Source: Octopus sinensis (lineage: Eukaryota). Taken from it: a stretch of 64,000 nucleotides of DNA. The notes under the pieces are model-generated. The model made no database searches. It was not told the origin of the DNA and saw nothing but the letters and a program-made list of their open reading frames with translations. Made by a program: the position numbers and the translations under genes. This document shows, one piece after another, positions 1 through 11,726 of this stretch. The stretch lies in the NCBI RefSeq assembly GCF_006345805.1, contig NC_042999.1, positions 124,806,001-124,870,000 on the forward strand, given 5' to 3'. Numbering within the stretch: position 1 is the stretch's first letter; every line of letters starts with the position of its first letter.

Positions 1-184
1 AATCCTTCTATTGTCCTTTGTACACCTTGATGATTTTCCATTCAAGGTATTTAAAATGCAAAATTATATGTTTTGTAATTTTAATTTTGTCTGTGAAATG
101 AAAAAAATTGTAGATGAATATGTTAATTAATTAATGAAGTAATTTGTATTCATTAGATTTCTCTGTTTTCTAGCTCAATAATAA

Positions 185-220
<36 letters not shown>

Positions 221-222
<2 letters not shown>

Positions 223-599
223 GGCACTCTGTCGGTTATGATGGTGAGGGTTCCAATTGATCCGATCAACGGAACAGCCTGCTCGTGAAATTAACATGCA
301 AGTGGCTCAGCACTCCACAGACATGAGTACCCTTAACGTAGTTCTTGGGGAAATTCATCGTGACACAGAGTGTGACAAGGCTGGCCCTTTGAAATACAGG
401 TACAACAGAAACAGGAAGAAAGAGTGAGAGAAAGTTTTGGCAAAAGAGTGCAGCAGGGTTCGCTGCCACCTCCTGCTGGAGCTTTGTGGGGCTTTAGATG
501 TTTTTGCTCAATAAACACTCACAACACCCAGTCTGGTAATCAAAACCACAATCCTACAAACGTGAGTCTGCTGCCCCAACCACTAGGCCATTGCACCTC

Positions 600-602
<3 letters not shown>
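221..602 (-). mobile_element. tRNA-derived SINE (head A + tail 1), octopus OK/OR-like
   Basis: Reverse complement starts GTGGAGGTGCAATGGCCTAGTGGTT (pol III A-box like) with a degenerate B box. The head matches the copy at 33444. Flanked by (AT)n on both sides. Confidence 0.85.
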
Positions 603-633
<31 letters not shown>

Positions 634-1204
634 ATAATATAAATTGGACATGGGCGATCGTTAGCCAAACGGCTGGGTGGATTCGTGTGAAAGACGGCAC
701 ACATGTGGAAACGGGTGCATAGATTGGAATGTGGCTTGTATTGTTTTCCTAGCCCCCATAGTTACTGAGAAAATCGATAAAAACTTTTTCTAATGGAATT
801 CCCCTGTTTGTTCCACCATTAAAACAAGCAGTTGCTCACACAGCTGGCATATACCATTTCACTAGCAACAAGAGGAGTACAGGATGACAGTCAGCCAAAA
901 CTTTTGCTATGCTGTCTCTCTTCTTTCACCTCTTAGTGGGGTTAATAATCTTAATCTTTAGTTACAGTTTCTCATTCAAACTACATAATAGGCAGAATTG
1001 TCAGATTAAGACAGTAGGGTGTTTTGAGGGAGATTTGGCTGCTATTTCCACCAGGTCTAGCTACCATGTAGAGGTCTGAACTTAATTTTCATTCACATAT
1101 TTGCAATTCAAAAATTTAACATAATCTTTTACATAAATTAACTATCCTAAAAATTTTAAACGATAACCTCACATTTTCTATGTATGTGTGTGTTCCTTAA
1201 AAGA

Positions 1205-1876
1205 TGTCAATCATCACGGCACACACCTTCACTTACTCTATCTCTCTTTCTCAACCTCTTTCTCTCTCACATACACACACGCAAGCACACATACACACAC
1301 GCAAGCACACATGCACACACATACACGTCCATTTCATATATCTTCTTTCAATTTCTGCTCTCTGCAAATAAATTTTTTTTACGGATACAACTGCTTTCAA
1401 AAATAGGAATTACTGTATAAGTTCTTTCTGTGTTCATAATTAAATCAATGTTTTGATTAGACAGAGGTCCAATAGAATAGCTCTCAGAAGCAGACTACGT
1501 ACAAATATGTCAATCATCACGACACACACCTTCACTCACTCACTCTATCTCTCTTTCTTACCCTCTTTCTCTCTCACTTACACATACACAATCACGCATG
1601 CACACACACAAACGTCCATTTCATATATCTTCTTTCAATTTCTGCTCTCTCCAAATAACATTTTTACGTATACAACTGCTTACAAAAATAGGGATTACTG
1701 TATAATTTCTTTCTCTATAAACGATATAAACAGTAGCTGCACGACATCGTGAAGTATATTTGCCACAGGGTTAGCCACAATTAAGTAGCAAATATACTTC
1801 ACGAAATAAATCAATGTTTTAATGATTAGACAGAGGTCCAACAGAATAACTCTCAGAAACAGACTACGTACAAATT
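1205..1876. repeat. Imperfect tandem duplication (about 300 and 370 bp units)
   Basis: TGTCAATCATCACG...ACGTCCATTTCATATATCTTCTTTCAATTTCTGCTCTCT...GATTAGACAGAGGTCCAA...CAGACTACGTACAAAT occurs twice (about 1205-1506 and 1507-1876). Confidence 0.85.
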
Positions 1877-2070
1877 CGTTCTTCACAACTCCTGAAGCTG
1901 TTTTCTGACAAAGCAGGGTGGAGTTAGGAAATTTTCATACAGCTGGAGGCTCTAATCGAAACAAGGGATCCAAAATGATAAGGTTGAGAAACACTGTTAT
2001 AGATTATGCCTAACCGAAAACCATCACAGCCACATCATCCAAAGAGACCAGGTGAAACCGGTCTTAGCTG

Positions 2071-4217
2071 TGTAACAAACAACCATTTTAGCTATTTTGA
2101 AATATGGCGCGAATTGGCAATATGACGTAATGTATTGCCGAAGAATTATTATTTTCGTTTTTTCCATTGGTTAATTAACTGCTCATATAAGGATTCTAAA
2201 AAGTTATGTAAAGAATATTTGTAATGCATTTCGATTTTTTAAGTCAAGTTGAGCAGTTATAAAAACCCTGTATTTTGGGAAAAACTTTAGTGTTTTGTTG
2301 GATGTAACTGAACTCCACGACACTCACTCCTTTGAGACATTGGTAATTTTCATGCCATGTCTAAAGATAATCATAAGTCTATTTTGATTTGTTGATTAAT
2401 CTATTAGTTAGATTTACGAATTAGTTAATGAATATATAGTCGTTCTTCTACAGGACGAAAATTGTCTTTCCTTTGTAAATGTAAATAATGTAAAATTTTA
2501 TATAAAGAATTTTCTTTATATAAAAATTCCAATTCAACTTCTTTAAAATTTAAAATGTTGCCCATCCATTCGTGTAATTCACATATTTGGTGTGATATTT
2601 CTACAGGTTTTTCGAGACCTTTTGTGCCTGAAAAGCACAGAAAAATTGTTTATTCTAGCTTAGATAATTTATCTCATCCAGGTTTAGAAGCTTCATTGAA
2701 ATTAATATCAAGTCGTTTTGTTTGGCCTGGTATGAATAAAGATATTCGTTCCTGGGTCAAATCATGTCTGCAGTGTCAAAAATGTAAAGTACATCGTCAT
2801 ATCAAAGCACCATTAGGTACATTTGCAAATCCAGATGCGAGATTCCAACATATCCACATCGATATAGTTGGACCCTAAACTCCATGTGAAGATTATATAT
2901 CTTTGTTGACGTGTATAGATCGCTTTTCGAGATGGCCGGAGGCTTATCCGATAAAGGACGTATCTGCAGTAACTATAGCGAAAACCTTATTTACCAATTA
3001 GATGTCTAGATTTGGTATACAAAAACAGTGACAACAGATCGTGGTAGACAATTTGAGTCTAGGCTGTTCGCAGAATTCAATAAATTGTTGGGGATTAATA
3101 GAATTCGTACAACTTCATATCACCCACAATCTAACGGCATGATAGAAAGGTTTCATAGGCAGTTGAAATCTTCATTAAGAACTTATTCTGATTCTAACAG
3201 TTGGTTAGAAGCCATACCAATGGTATTGTTAGGAATTAGAAGTGCTGTTAAAAGAAAATTTACAATATTCTCCTGCTGAACTCTTGTACGGAACAACATT
3301 AACTCTACCTGGTCAAATGTTCGAAGAAACCAATTCTTTTAATGGAGATGTTAATGATTATGTAACTCGTCTTAAGAGATTTCTTACAGATATTCCTTCT
3401 TTTACAAGAAAATTGCAAAATGTTAAAAGCTTCGTTCCTTCTGATATAAAATCTTGGACACATATATTTGTACGTAACGATGCTGCTCATAATTCCCTGA
3501 AATATAAATATACTGGACCTTTTAAAGTCTTGTCAATTAGAGACAAAACTATGACTTTGGAGATGAATGGTAAAAAAGAAATTGTCAATGTCGACAGAGT
3601 AAAAGAAGCTTATTTCGACCAATATTCATGTCATGAAAATGAAGATGTGAGCAATACATATCGACATAACTTGAAACAAAGTGATATTCAAAGCAACAAA
3701 TCTAATGTTAATGGAAACACAAAGTCAATTTTGAAATCACTTACCGAAGTGAAAAAGACTAGAAGTGGCAGAATTGTACATTTTCCAAAAAAACTTTCTC
3801 AGTTTGTTTGAGGATTTTCAAAATATTTTTTATATTCCTGGATTATATATATAAAATTTTTTTTTCCAGTGAAATGAAATGAACTGTATATGAACATTAT
3901 AATTGTAAAGCCGTATTGGAATGGCTAATTTCATATGTTTAACATGTAATTTATAAATGCATTGTATATATTGATGTGTTATAACTATTAATTCAAATGT
4001 TGTATTGAAAATAATATGTATTGCGAATTTCTTTTTCGCAAAATTTTAACAATTTTTCTAGCGAAAGGCTGAAATGTAACAAATAGCTATTTTGAAATGC
4101 GGCGCGAATTGGCAATATGACGTAATGTATTGCCGAAGAATTATTATTTTCGTTTTTTCCATTGGTTAATATAACTGCTCATATAAGGATTCTAAAAAGT
4201 TACGTAAAGAATATTTG
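2071..4217 (+). mobile_element. Internally deleted Ty3/Gypsy LTR retrotransposon (LTR - integrase - truncated LTR)
   Basis: Direct repeats start TGTAACAAA at 2071 and 4075 and stay near-identical for about 145 bp. An integrase relic lies between them, and a purine-rich tract precedes the 3' LTR. Confidence 0.9.
2530..3811 (+). pseudogene. Gypsy integrase pseudogene (HHCC zinc finger, DDE core, GPF/Y C-terminus)
   Basis: [92 protein letters not shown]. Stops at 2876 and about 2999, plus two frameshifts. Confidence 0.93.
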
Positions 4218-5313
4218 GGATCTTTTCCTTTTGAACGGCACATGTCAACACAACCCTAACCCTAAAACAGATTGAAATGCAATAGATCGATACTAGGGTT
4301 ATAATTATGGGTGACAATTTCATTTGACACCGCTAGAAAAAATCCCATTTTCCGTAGCGGTGTCGTATGAAATTGTCACCCATAATTATAACCCTAGTAT
4401 CGATCTATTGCATTTCAATCTGTTTTAGGGTTAGAGTTAGGGTTAGGGGTGGGGGAAGGGTATCTTTTTTTCTTCGCAAATGTAAATAAACCCAATTTGT
4501 TTCTCAAACGAGGGACATATTCATACAGCACGGAATGTTTTCATCCCAAACGGAGGTCAGCGACTGGTTAAAATTGCCGAAATGCTCGAAATTAAAGTGG
4601 AAATATCTTACAAACTATAGAATTTTCTCAATAAAGCCAAGAAAAAATGATGTTTTAAAAACACATTCTACCAGTATACGAAGTTTAAAAGTGTTCAGTT
4701 AACTAGAAATTGTGTTGACATGTGCCGTTCAAAAGGAAAAGATCCGTTAAATTAATTTAATTGTTACGCGTGTGTCTAAAATTATTCGTTTTGTTTTTGT
4801 TTTGAGTTTTTGCTTTCATTTTAGCCTTTCGTTTTTTTTTTCTTAATTGTTAAATTAATTTAAGGATAACAATTAAGAAAAAAAAAACGAAAGCAATGGA
4901 AAATAATTTTAATTTAACAATTAAGAAAAAAAACGAAAGGCTAAAACGAAAGCAAAAACTCAAAACAAAAACAAAACGAATAATTTTAGACACATGCGTA
5001 ACAATTAAATTAATTTAACAATTAAGAAAAAAAAACGAAAGGTTAAAATTTAGGGTGAGGGTGAGGGTTAGGGTTAGTAACAGGATGTTGTCTCAGTTTT
5101 AGACGCAGCAAATGATTTTAGCTCAATAGAGGCAATCGATTGGTTAAAATTCGAAAAATTAAACTACGTTAAACTTACAAATTACAATTTTCTCAAGAAA
5201 GCCAAGAGAGAAAAATGTTTTATTTTGACACATTCTACCAGTATACGAAGTTTAAAAGTGTTTAGTTAACTAGGAATGGTGTTGAAAACTGCCATTCAAA
5301 AGGAAAAGATCCC
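4218..5313. mobile_element. Non-autonomous DNA transposon / foldback complex with TIR GGATCTTTTCCTTTTGAAYGGCA
   Basis: A 35-bp TIR at 4218-4252 is exactly inverted at 4711-4745, and a second right TIR ends at 5313. Long internal inverted repeats and TTAGGG tracts are present. It truncates the Gypsy 3' LTR. Confidence 0.8.
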
Positions 5314-5789
5314 GAAGAACATATTATACATACATGTCATTAATATTTGTAGCGTTTCATGAGTATATTTCTCTATGGTGTTATATACTGGAGTTCGGAT
5401 TTGTGTATAATGATAACACTTAAGTTATAAGTGATGTTCAATCATTATATTCACCCTTACTCAAAAAAGCCAAATTATTTCCCAACAGAAAACAATAAAT
5501 AGCATTACATTACTGTAACAAAACTAAATAGAGAATATACTATATTAATATAACCTAAGAGAAAGCTCAAGGTATCCTAAAACCAGCTATAGCTGCTAGT
5601 ATATATATTTTGTATAAAGGATCATGAGTAAGGCCAGAACAATGCAAAGCAAATCCCAAGAAAACAAATATATGAATTAATGTAGACTTACCTTGCATTC
5701 AATATTTTGGGCTTATAACCCCATTCTCAAGAAACTGACAAATGTTGCCGATGTGCATGTGTGGAATGGACATGCACAGAAAGGTGTTG

Positions 5790-7215
5790 CTATAGCAACC
5801 AGCTAGCTTCCTGTAACTCTACTGCTGTTGATGTTTGGATTATGGATTGGCAGTTCAACTGCTCAGGGTTGGGGTTTGGTCTGAATCTCCAGGTGGAGAA
5901 GAACTGGGATGAGGTGATGAGCATGTGACCAATCTTGCCCAGGAACTGGCTGAGAGAAAGGTGTCTCTGAAAAGTTGGGTAGGGTGGTGAATGCATACAT
6001 CACTTCCATCATATATTACTGCCTGACTGTCATGCTCTGCCCCAGTTTGCATGTGACCCAACTGGAGTGCATACCCTTTTGCTTTCTGTGGAAGGGGTGT
6101 GTTCTACAGGTCAGACACTTTATTTGTTGTCAACAGCTACTGAATGGAGGACTGAGGGTGATATGGCTACTGATGCATAGGCATGCATTGAGGCTGCAAC
6201 ATCTCCAGCTATTCCTTGACAGTGACTAGGTGTGGTCAATGTTTGTCAGATTCATTCTTCTACAGATCATTTCTTTAGTTGAGCTGTAATCCTTGATCAA
6301 GCAGAGACTGAGGCAGGGTGCCTGGCACCTAGAGTGCCATTAGGCAATCACAGTCCTCTGTCAGTTGAGCAATGCAGTAAGTGGAAGTTCCACTTTGGCA
6401 TTTTATAGAGGGTCAGTGGTGGGTAGGTGCTATGACATTCTCAGGGAGACTCAGGATGTTGACAAGAATCAACTAGCTGGTCTTTTCCAGAGGACTTTCA
6501 GGCCAGAGTCCATGGATAGTTTCCAGAAATCTCTGGCTTGGCAGTGCTACTAGGGAGCATTGCTGGTTCAGGATAAACTCTACAGGTATGAAAGTGCAGT
6601 CAGCCAGGCTTACCCAAGATGCATGCAGTACAACAAGACTGTTCTGCACTCTGTTATCCAATGCCTGAGCATTGCAGCCTTGTGGGTTTATGTCAAACAC
6701 CTGCTGTCATGTGTAGAATGAATTTGGCTATCCACTGTGAAGATCATCCTACCACCTTCCTTTGGCCAGGAAGGGCAGGCAGTATTTATTTGTTTGGTAG
6801 TCTTGACAAAAGGTGGACCAGATTGAAAGGGCTGAATACAGATACTTTCCTCTTTGGCCAAGCCTTCATCAATTTTTTCAAGTTTGAAAAAGATGAGGGT
6901 AGAGAGGAAAGTCCTACCTCCCAGCAATTTTACTGGAATGTGGGTGAATGTGGCAAGAATGGTCCAAGTGAATGGGCCTACTCTAAGTATGTGCTTATAG
7001 GTAGAAGGAAGACGATGTGAGGAAAGCACTTGCCCTATAACTCCAAGCAACTATGGTTTTTGAGGGGTTTCCACAAGCAGCCCTAGGAAGTCTCCCTCTT
7101 TTGGGGAATTTTTCATTGTTAGAATTTATATTATTGCTTTTACTCTTTACTATTTCTATTTATGCCCAATGTTTTTTCTTCTTTTTGTGAACCCTTAGTG
7201 GTAAATAAAGAAAAC
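5790..7215 (+). mobile_element. Decayed Tx1/L1-clade LINE, 3' part of ORF2 plus 3' UTR
   Basis: Fragments NLQVEKNWDEV, RVVNAYITSIIYYCLTV..FCFLWKG..NGGL and the zinc knuckle relic PRCMQYNKTVLHSVIQC (about 6612-6665). AATAAA lies near 7204. Confidence 0.75.
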
Positions 7216-7599
7216 ATTATAATGTAAATAACAGATAGTCAACATTAGATCCCGATTACTTACTGGTTAATACATTTAGCACCATTTATTTAATGTTAGA
7301 AATAGTAATAGTAAATAATAAATATAAATAAATAATAAACAATGATTCAAATTTAAAGAAATTGGAAAATGCTTAAGAAGGAGTCTAAAAATAAAGATGT
7401 TTTCATTGTATGCATGTGTCCATGTACGTGCACATGTACATTTATGCATGTACATGTGTCCATGTACCTGTGCGTGTGTATGTGTGTGGGTGTGTGCGTC
7501 CACTGGTGTGTGTATGCGTGTGTCCCCATTGGTGTGTGTGTGTGTCCACTGGTGTGTGTGTGTGGAGAGAGAGAGGGGGTGATAGAGAGAGAGCAGTAC

Positions 7600-7836
7600 C
7601 GTATTCAAAGTATTTTGTAAAAGGAAAATCCAAACAGTCTGCTTATGGTCATCAACAGAGATGCAGACAAACTTTCTCATATGAAAGCAGCTGCATTGAC
7701 CTCCCTTGGATATGTTGGCTGCATAAAAATGTGGTCTGATAGACAACATTACGACAGTGAGTTCATCATCATCATCTCTCTACATTCATAAGTGATACAT
7801 GGCTATCAACTGTCACTCTCCATTTACAACCTTCAA
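7600..7836 (-). pseudogene. Possible decayed exon resembling the C-terminal half of an F-type lectin (FTP) domain
   Basis: Acceptor TATTTCAG| and donor G|GTACTG; 237 nt, phase 1-1. One frame reads ..TTFLCSQHIQGRSMQLLSYEKVCLHLC.. but has 6 TGA and 1 TAA. Confidence 0.3.
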
Positions 7837-8195
7837 CTGAAATATAATTCCTTCATATTTACTATATTTAACTTAACAGCATAATTCTTTATTTTTTCAT
7901 GCTTTCACATATTTTTCCCTATTATTTTCATTGTTCTCATTTTTTAGCATTATTTACAGGCTTTTTTCTTGGTATAAATAGTAACCATTATGGAACATGC
8001 ATACACATGCTTATACAAATATCTATTCCTTGCCTTTCACAAATAAAACAACATGCAAATAAGCACAGATCCATACAGATAGATGCATATACTGATACTT
8101 ATACAAACTCTTGCACATAAATAACTGTATTTATATAAGCTACAGATAGGTAAATATAGACAGAGAGATAAATAAATAAATGGATAAGCAGACTG

Positions 8196-8254
<59 letters not shown>

Positions 8255-8258
8255 TATA

Positions 8259-8293
<35 letters not shown>

Positions 8294-8296
<3 letters not shown>

Positions 8297-8835
8297 TCAT
8301 CATCATCATCATCATCATTTAACGTCCGCTTTCCATGCTAGCATGGGTTGGACGGTTCAACTGGGGTCTGAGGAGCCCGAAGGCTGCACCAGGCCAGTCA
8401 GATCTGGCAGTGTTTCTACAGCTGGATGCCCTTCCTAACGCCAACCACTCCGAGAGTGTAGTGGGTGATTTTATGTGCTACCGACACAGGTGCCAGACGA
8501 GGCTGGCGAACGGCCACGCTCAGATGGTGTTTTTTTTTTATGTGCCACCGACACAGTGCCAGACGAGGCTGGCAGACGGCCACGCTCGGATGGTGTTTTT
8601 ATGTGCCACCGACACAGGTGCCAGGTGAGGCTGGCGAACGGCCACGATCGGATGGTGTTTGTTACGTGCCCACAGCACGGAGGCCAGTCGATGCGGTACT
8701 GGCTACGGCCACGTTCGGATGGTTTTCTTGTATGCCACCGGCACTGGTACCACAAAGATACAAATTCCATTGATGTTCATCTATTTTGATTTGTTTTGAT
8801 TTGATTTTGATTTTCACTTGCCTCAACAGGTCTTC
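8294..8835 (-). mobile_element. RTE-clade LINE 3' UTR fragment with about 60-bp internal tandem units and (GAT)n tail
   Basis: Same GGAAGGGCATCCAGCTGTAGAAA...CCATGCTAGCATGGAAAGCGGACGTTAAATGATGAT end that follows the RTE ORF at 19780-20320 and 62325-63290. Confidence 0.85.
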
Positions 8836-8856
8836 ACAAGATGTTCATCTATTTTG

Positions 8857-8923
<67 letters not shown>

Positions 8924-8926
8924 TAC

Positions 8927-9007
<81 letters not shown>

Positions 9008-9097
9008 TAGATAGATTGATACATACATACGTGTGTGTGCGTGTCTATGTATATATGTTTTTATATGGATATGAATCTGTATCACCCATGGGGGTGG

Positions 9098-9319
9098 GTA
9101 GGTGCATGGCTTAGTGGTTAAGAGTATCCAGTTCATGATTGTTAAGGTCATAAGTTTGATACCTGTATGACATTATGTTCTTGAACAAGACTTTATTTCA
9201 CATTGCTCCAGTCCACTCAGCAGGCAAAAATGAGAAGTACCTGTAATTCAAAAAGATCCTACCTTGTCACATTCTGTTTCATGCTGAATCTCCCTGAGAA
9301 CTACATTAAGGGTACATGT
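9098..9319 (+). mobile_element. tRNA-derived CORE-type SINE (head B + tail 1), truncated
   Basis: GGCTTAGTGGTTAAG A-box. GTTCTTGAACAAGACTTTATTTCACATTGCTCCAG is shared with 58073, and CCTTGTCACA..GAGAACTACATTAAGGGTAC is shared with 221-400. Confidence 0.7.
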
Positions 9320-9329
9320 ATATATATAC

Positions 9330-11726
9330 CAGGGGTCTTAACTCAAGGACACTAAGGCAGGGCCATTAGATCTTAGGAGAGAGGCACAGTGGGCCAAAAT
9401 GAGCTGAAATGGTCAGGTATGATGCTATATAACAGGGGTGACCAAACTACAGCTTGCTAGTTGCTTGTGGCTCTTTGACCATGGGTTTATACAGCCTGGG
9501 GAAAGATGCTGGCTGACCTCTTACTTTTTATTCATCACAGTTAATATAATAGTTAAATGAAAAAAGTCAAGTTTTATAATTATTTATTGGATATGAGTTG
9601 ATACCAGCAGAGTGGTGCTATAGGAACAGCTTTTCTTATTTTTACAGTAATGGGGACTGATGTTTTCCAGGTATTTCAAATAAACTCAAATATAAAATTG
9701 TCATGAATCTTTTTTTGTTTTTTAATTTCAGTATCTTCTATTTTAGTTTCATGCTTCCTGACTTTATCATGTTTCCCATTCAAGTTGTAACCAGGCGGAC
9801 ACATACACATGCATAAGCATATGTTGTTTGTATGTGGAATGTTATTTTCAACATACTTCCAAAACATGTGAGTGTATCATACACACATTTGAAAGTAGCA
9901 ACAAATAGGAAAATTTATTTGATGTCGCTTACATTTTTTTTTCACAACTTGTCCCATTTCTTCCTTCATAATGACCATTGTCACATTATCTGCTTAGAAT
10001 AAATTGGTATCAGTTATTAACTCAACAACACTGTGCTACATACACAATTTTTGTCTTTAGGTAGCAACTGTCCTTGAGTAGCACTGAATCTGAAATATTA
10101 TGGAAAATAGGTCAGTTTCAAAACATTGATGTCCAGATCACAAAAGCAAAGTTTGAAAGAATATTAGTCATAGATAGAAGCAAATAGGATATAACACTTA
10201 CTGGCCAAAGACAAGAAAAATATAGATTTTGTTACAGTGTAATTTATATTATTTTACTTCATGATGAAGCCTCCTCCCCTTATACAGCAATGAGCAACAG
10301 AAACAATTCTAAATGATAATGTTAGATTTGTTCTTTTAATCAGAGAGCAGAAATAACGGGAGGCATATGTGGTGGAATGCAGTTAAAACTGGTCACAGAT
10401 GGCCTTGAGCTTAACTCCAACTGCCCTCTTTTTTATGTACATTGATACAGTGTTCAACCTAGTTGGTAGACTTTGGATACGAGCTTTGTTTACAAGTGTC
10501 TGTGAAAAGTTTGCAAAGTAAGATGACATCATCAAATTGTAAGCAACAAAAATATGAAGAGGAAAACAGAAATTGTAAGCCAGAGTGGAAAGAAGGTTTT
10601 GCACTTGTGGTTAAAGGAGGTAAACCTTTGTACCTTATTTACCATTTTTTACTTAGTCCTTATAAAATCAGAAACTTGAAATCCCACTATGAAACAATTC
10701 ATAAAAACTTTTCACATGGTTATCCATCCAATGACAGGAGCAAGAGGAGCAAGGAGGGCAACCATCCTCCCCCGCCCCCACCATAGTGAACACATTTTTC
10801 AAAATTGGTGCCTTTTCAACATTTTTTTTTAACCTTTTAATTCACTTGTGTGATAAAAGTTGAAACTCTTCTATGTTGTTAATCGCATAGCTTTGGAAGA
10901 ACTTTCTAGAATCATTACTTTATTTGACCAACCTCCCATGTTTTTGAAGTCTGCTCAGTCTCCTATGATGTATTTGGCAACCACTGACATCTGAAAAACC
11001 CAAACAAACCCTGATGTCATAACTTTTCGACACTGGATGATCCAGTGGAGTTTCATCTTATTCACATCACACCTATATCAGTAGTTATAGGTTTCATACA
11101 TAATGATATTATTACTGAAACATGAAATTAATAAATGTAGAATACAATTACATATGCTTTAACTCATGAAATTCTTCATGTAATAGAAGATAGATTAGTT
11201 TAAAATTGTTTAGTATGTGTCATGGCATCTTTTTGTTTTTTTAAGTGCTTGCTTCCTCTAACTTTAGAACCTGGCTACACCTATATGTCCACCCAAATTA
11301 GAATTAATGGAAAACAAGTTGACCATGTTAAAAATCATCACTAAATAACCAAGACACTGTTGATAATGTTCAGCAAGGGAGCCAGTTCAACAACTGAAGC
11401 TAATTTTGTAATATCATAGAATATTACTTGTGTTAAATACCGTATTCTTATAGCAAATTTGTTATGAAGAATATAACTGCAGTTGTTGTAGAAAACCCAT
11501 TGATATACATTTTTAATGCATCATAAGGTGATTATTAACCAGCAATGTACTTTGTGGATCTGTTGGAGCCTATTATTACTTTTCTTGAAGAAAGAAAAGA
11601 TCCTATCCTCAACTGAAAAGTGATCAATGGTTGCAAGATCTAATGTTCTTAACTGATATAATATAAAAATGGTTTAGGCATGAGCCATAGAAAAGTAATT
11701 TGTAGGCCATGTGTTTGAGACTCCTT
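9330..11726 (+). mobile_element. Decayed hAT (Buster/SPIN-type, GTF2IRD2/EPM2AIP1-like) transposon
   Basis: TIR-like CAGGGGTCTTAAC at 9330 and GTTTGAGACTCCTT at 11713-11726. BED-finger relic KYEEENRNCKPEWKEGFALVVKGGKPLYLI..NLKSHYETIH at 10523-10730, and FVDLLEPIITFLEE..YPQLKSDQWLQDLMFLTDI at about 11550-11660. Confidence 0.75.
9780..9989 (-). pseudogene. Possible decayed EGF-like exons
   Basis: 9933-9989 reads CDNGHYEGRNGTSCEKK between CAG| and |GTAAGC. About 9780-9890 reads CVYDTLTC...YACVC/CPPGYNLNG with a frameshift. Confidence 0.3.

Noticed and set aside
1-890. Plus-strand exon pair (..FPFK|GTATTT at 46; CATAG|LLRKSIK.. 762-887)
   Set aside because: Splice sites and frame are compatible, but the peptide is unrecognisable and such matches are expected by chance.
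4424-4450. True telomere or chromosome fusion site
   Set aside because: Only a few degenerate TTAGGG units, embedded within a TIR element.
7600-7836. Six in-frame TGA codons as selenocysteine recoding
   Set aside because: An in-frame TAA is also present, four TGAs come from a (GAT)n microsatellite, and no SECIS was recognised.
8465-8750. Regularly spaced 60-bp repeats as a CRISPR-like array
   Set aside because: Whole units are homologous (no unique spacers), the context is eukaryotic, no cas genes are present, and they belong to the RTE 3' UTR.
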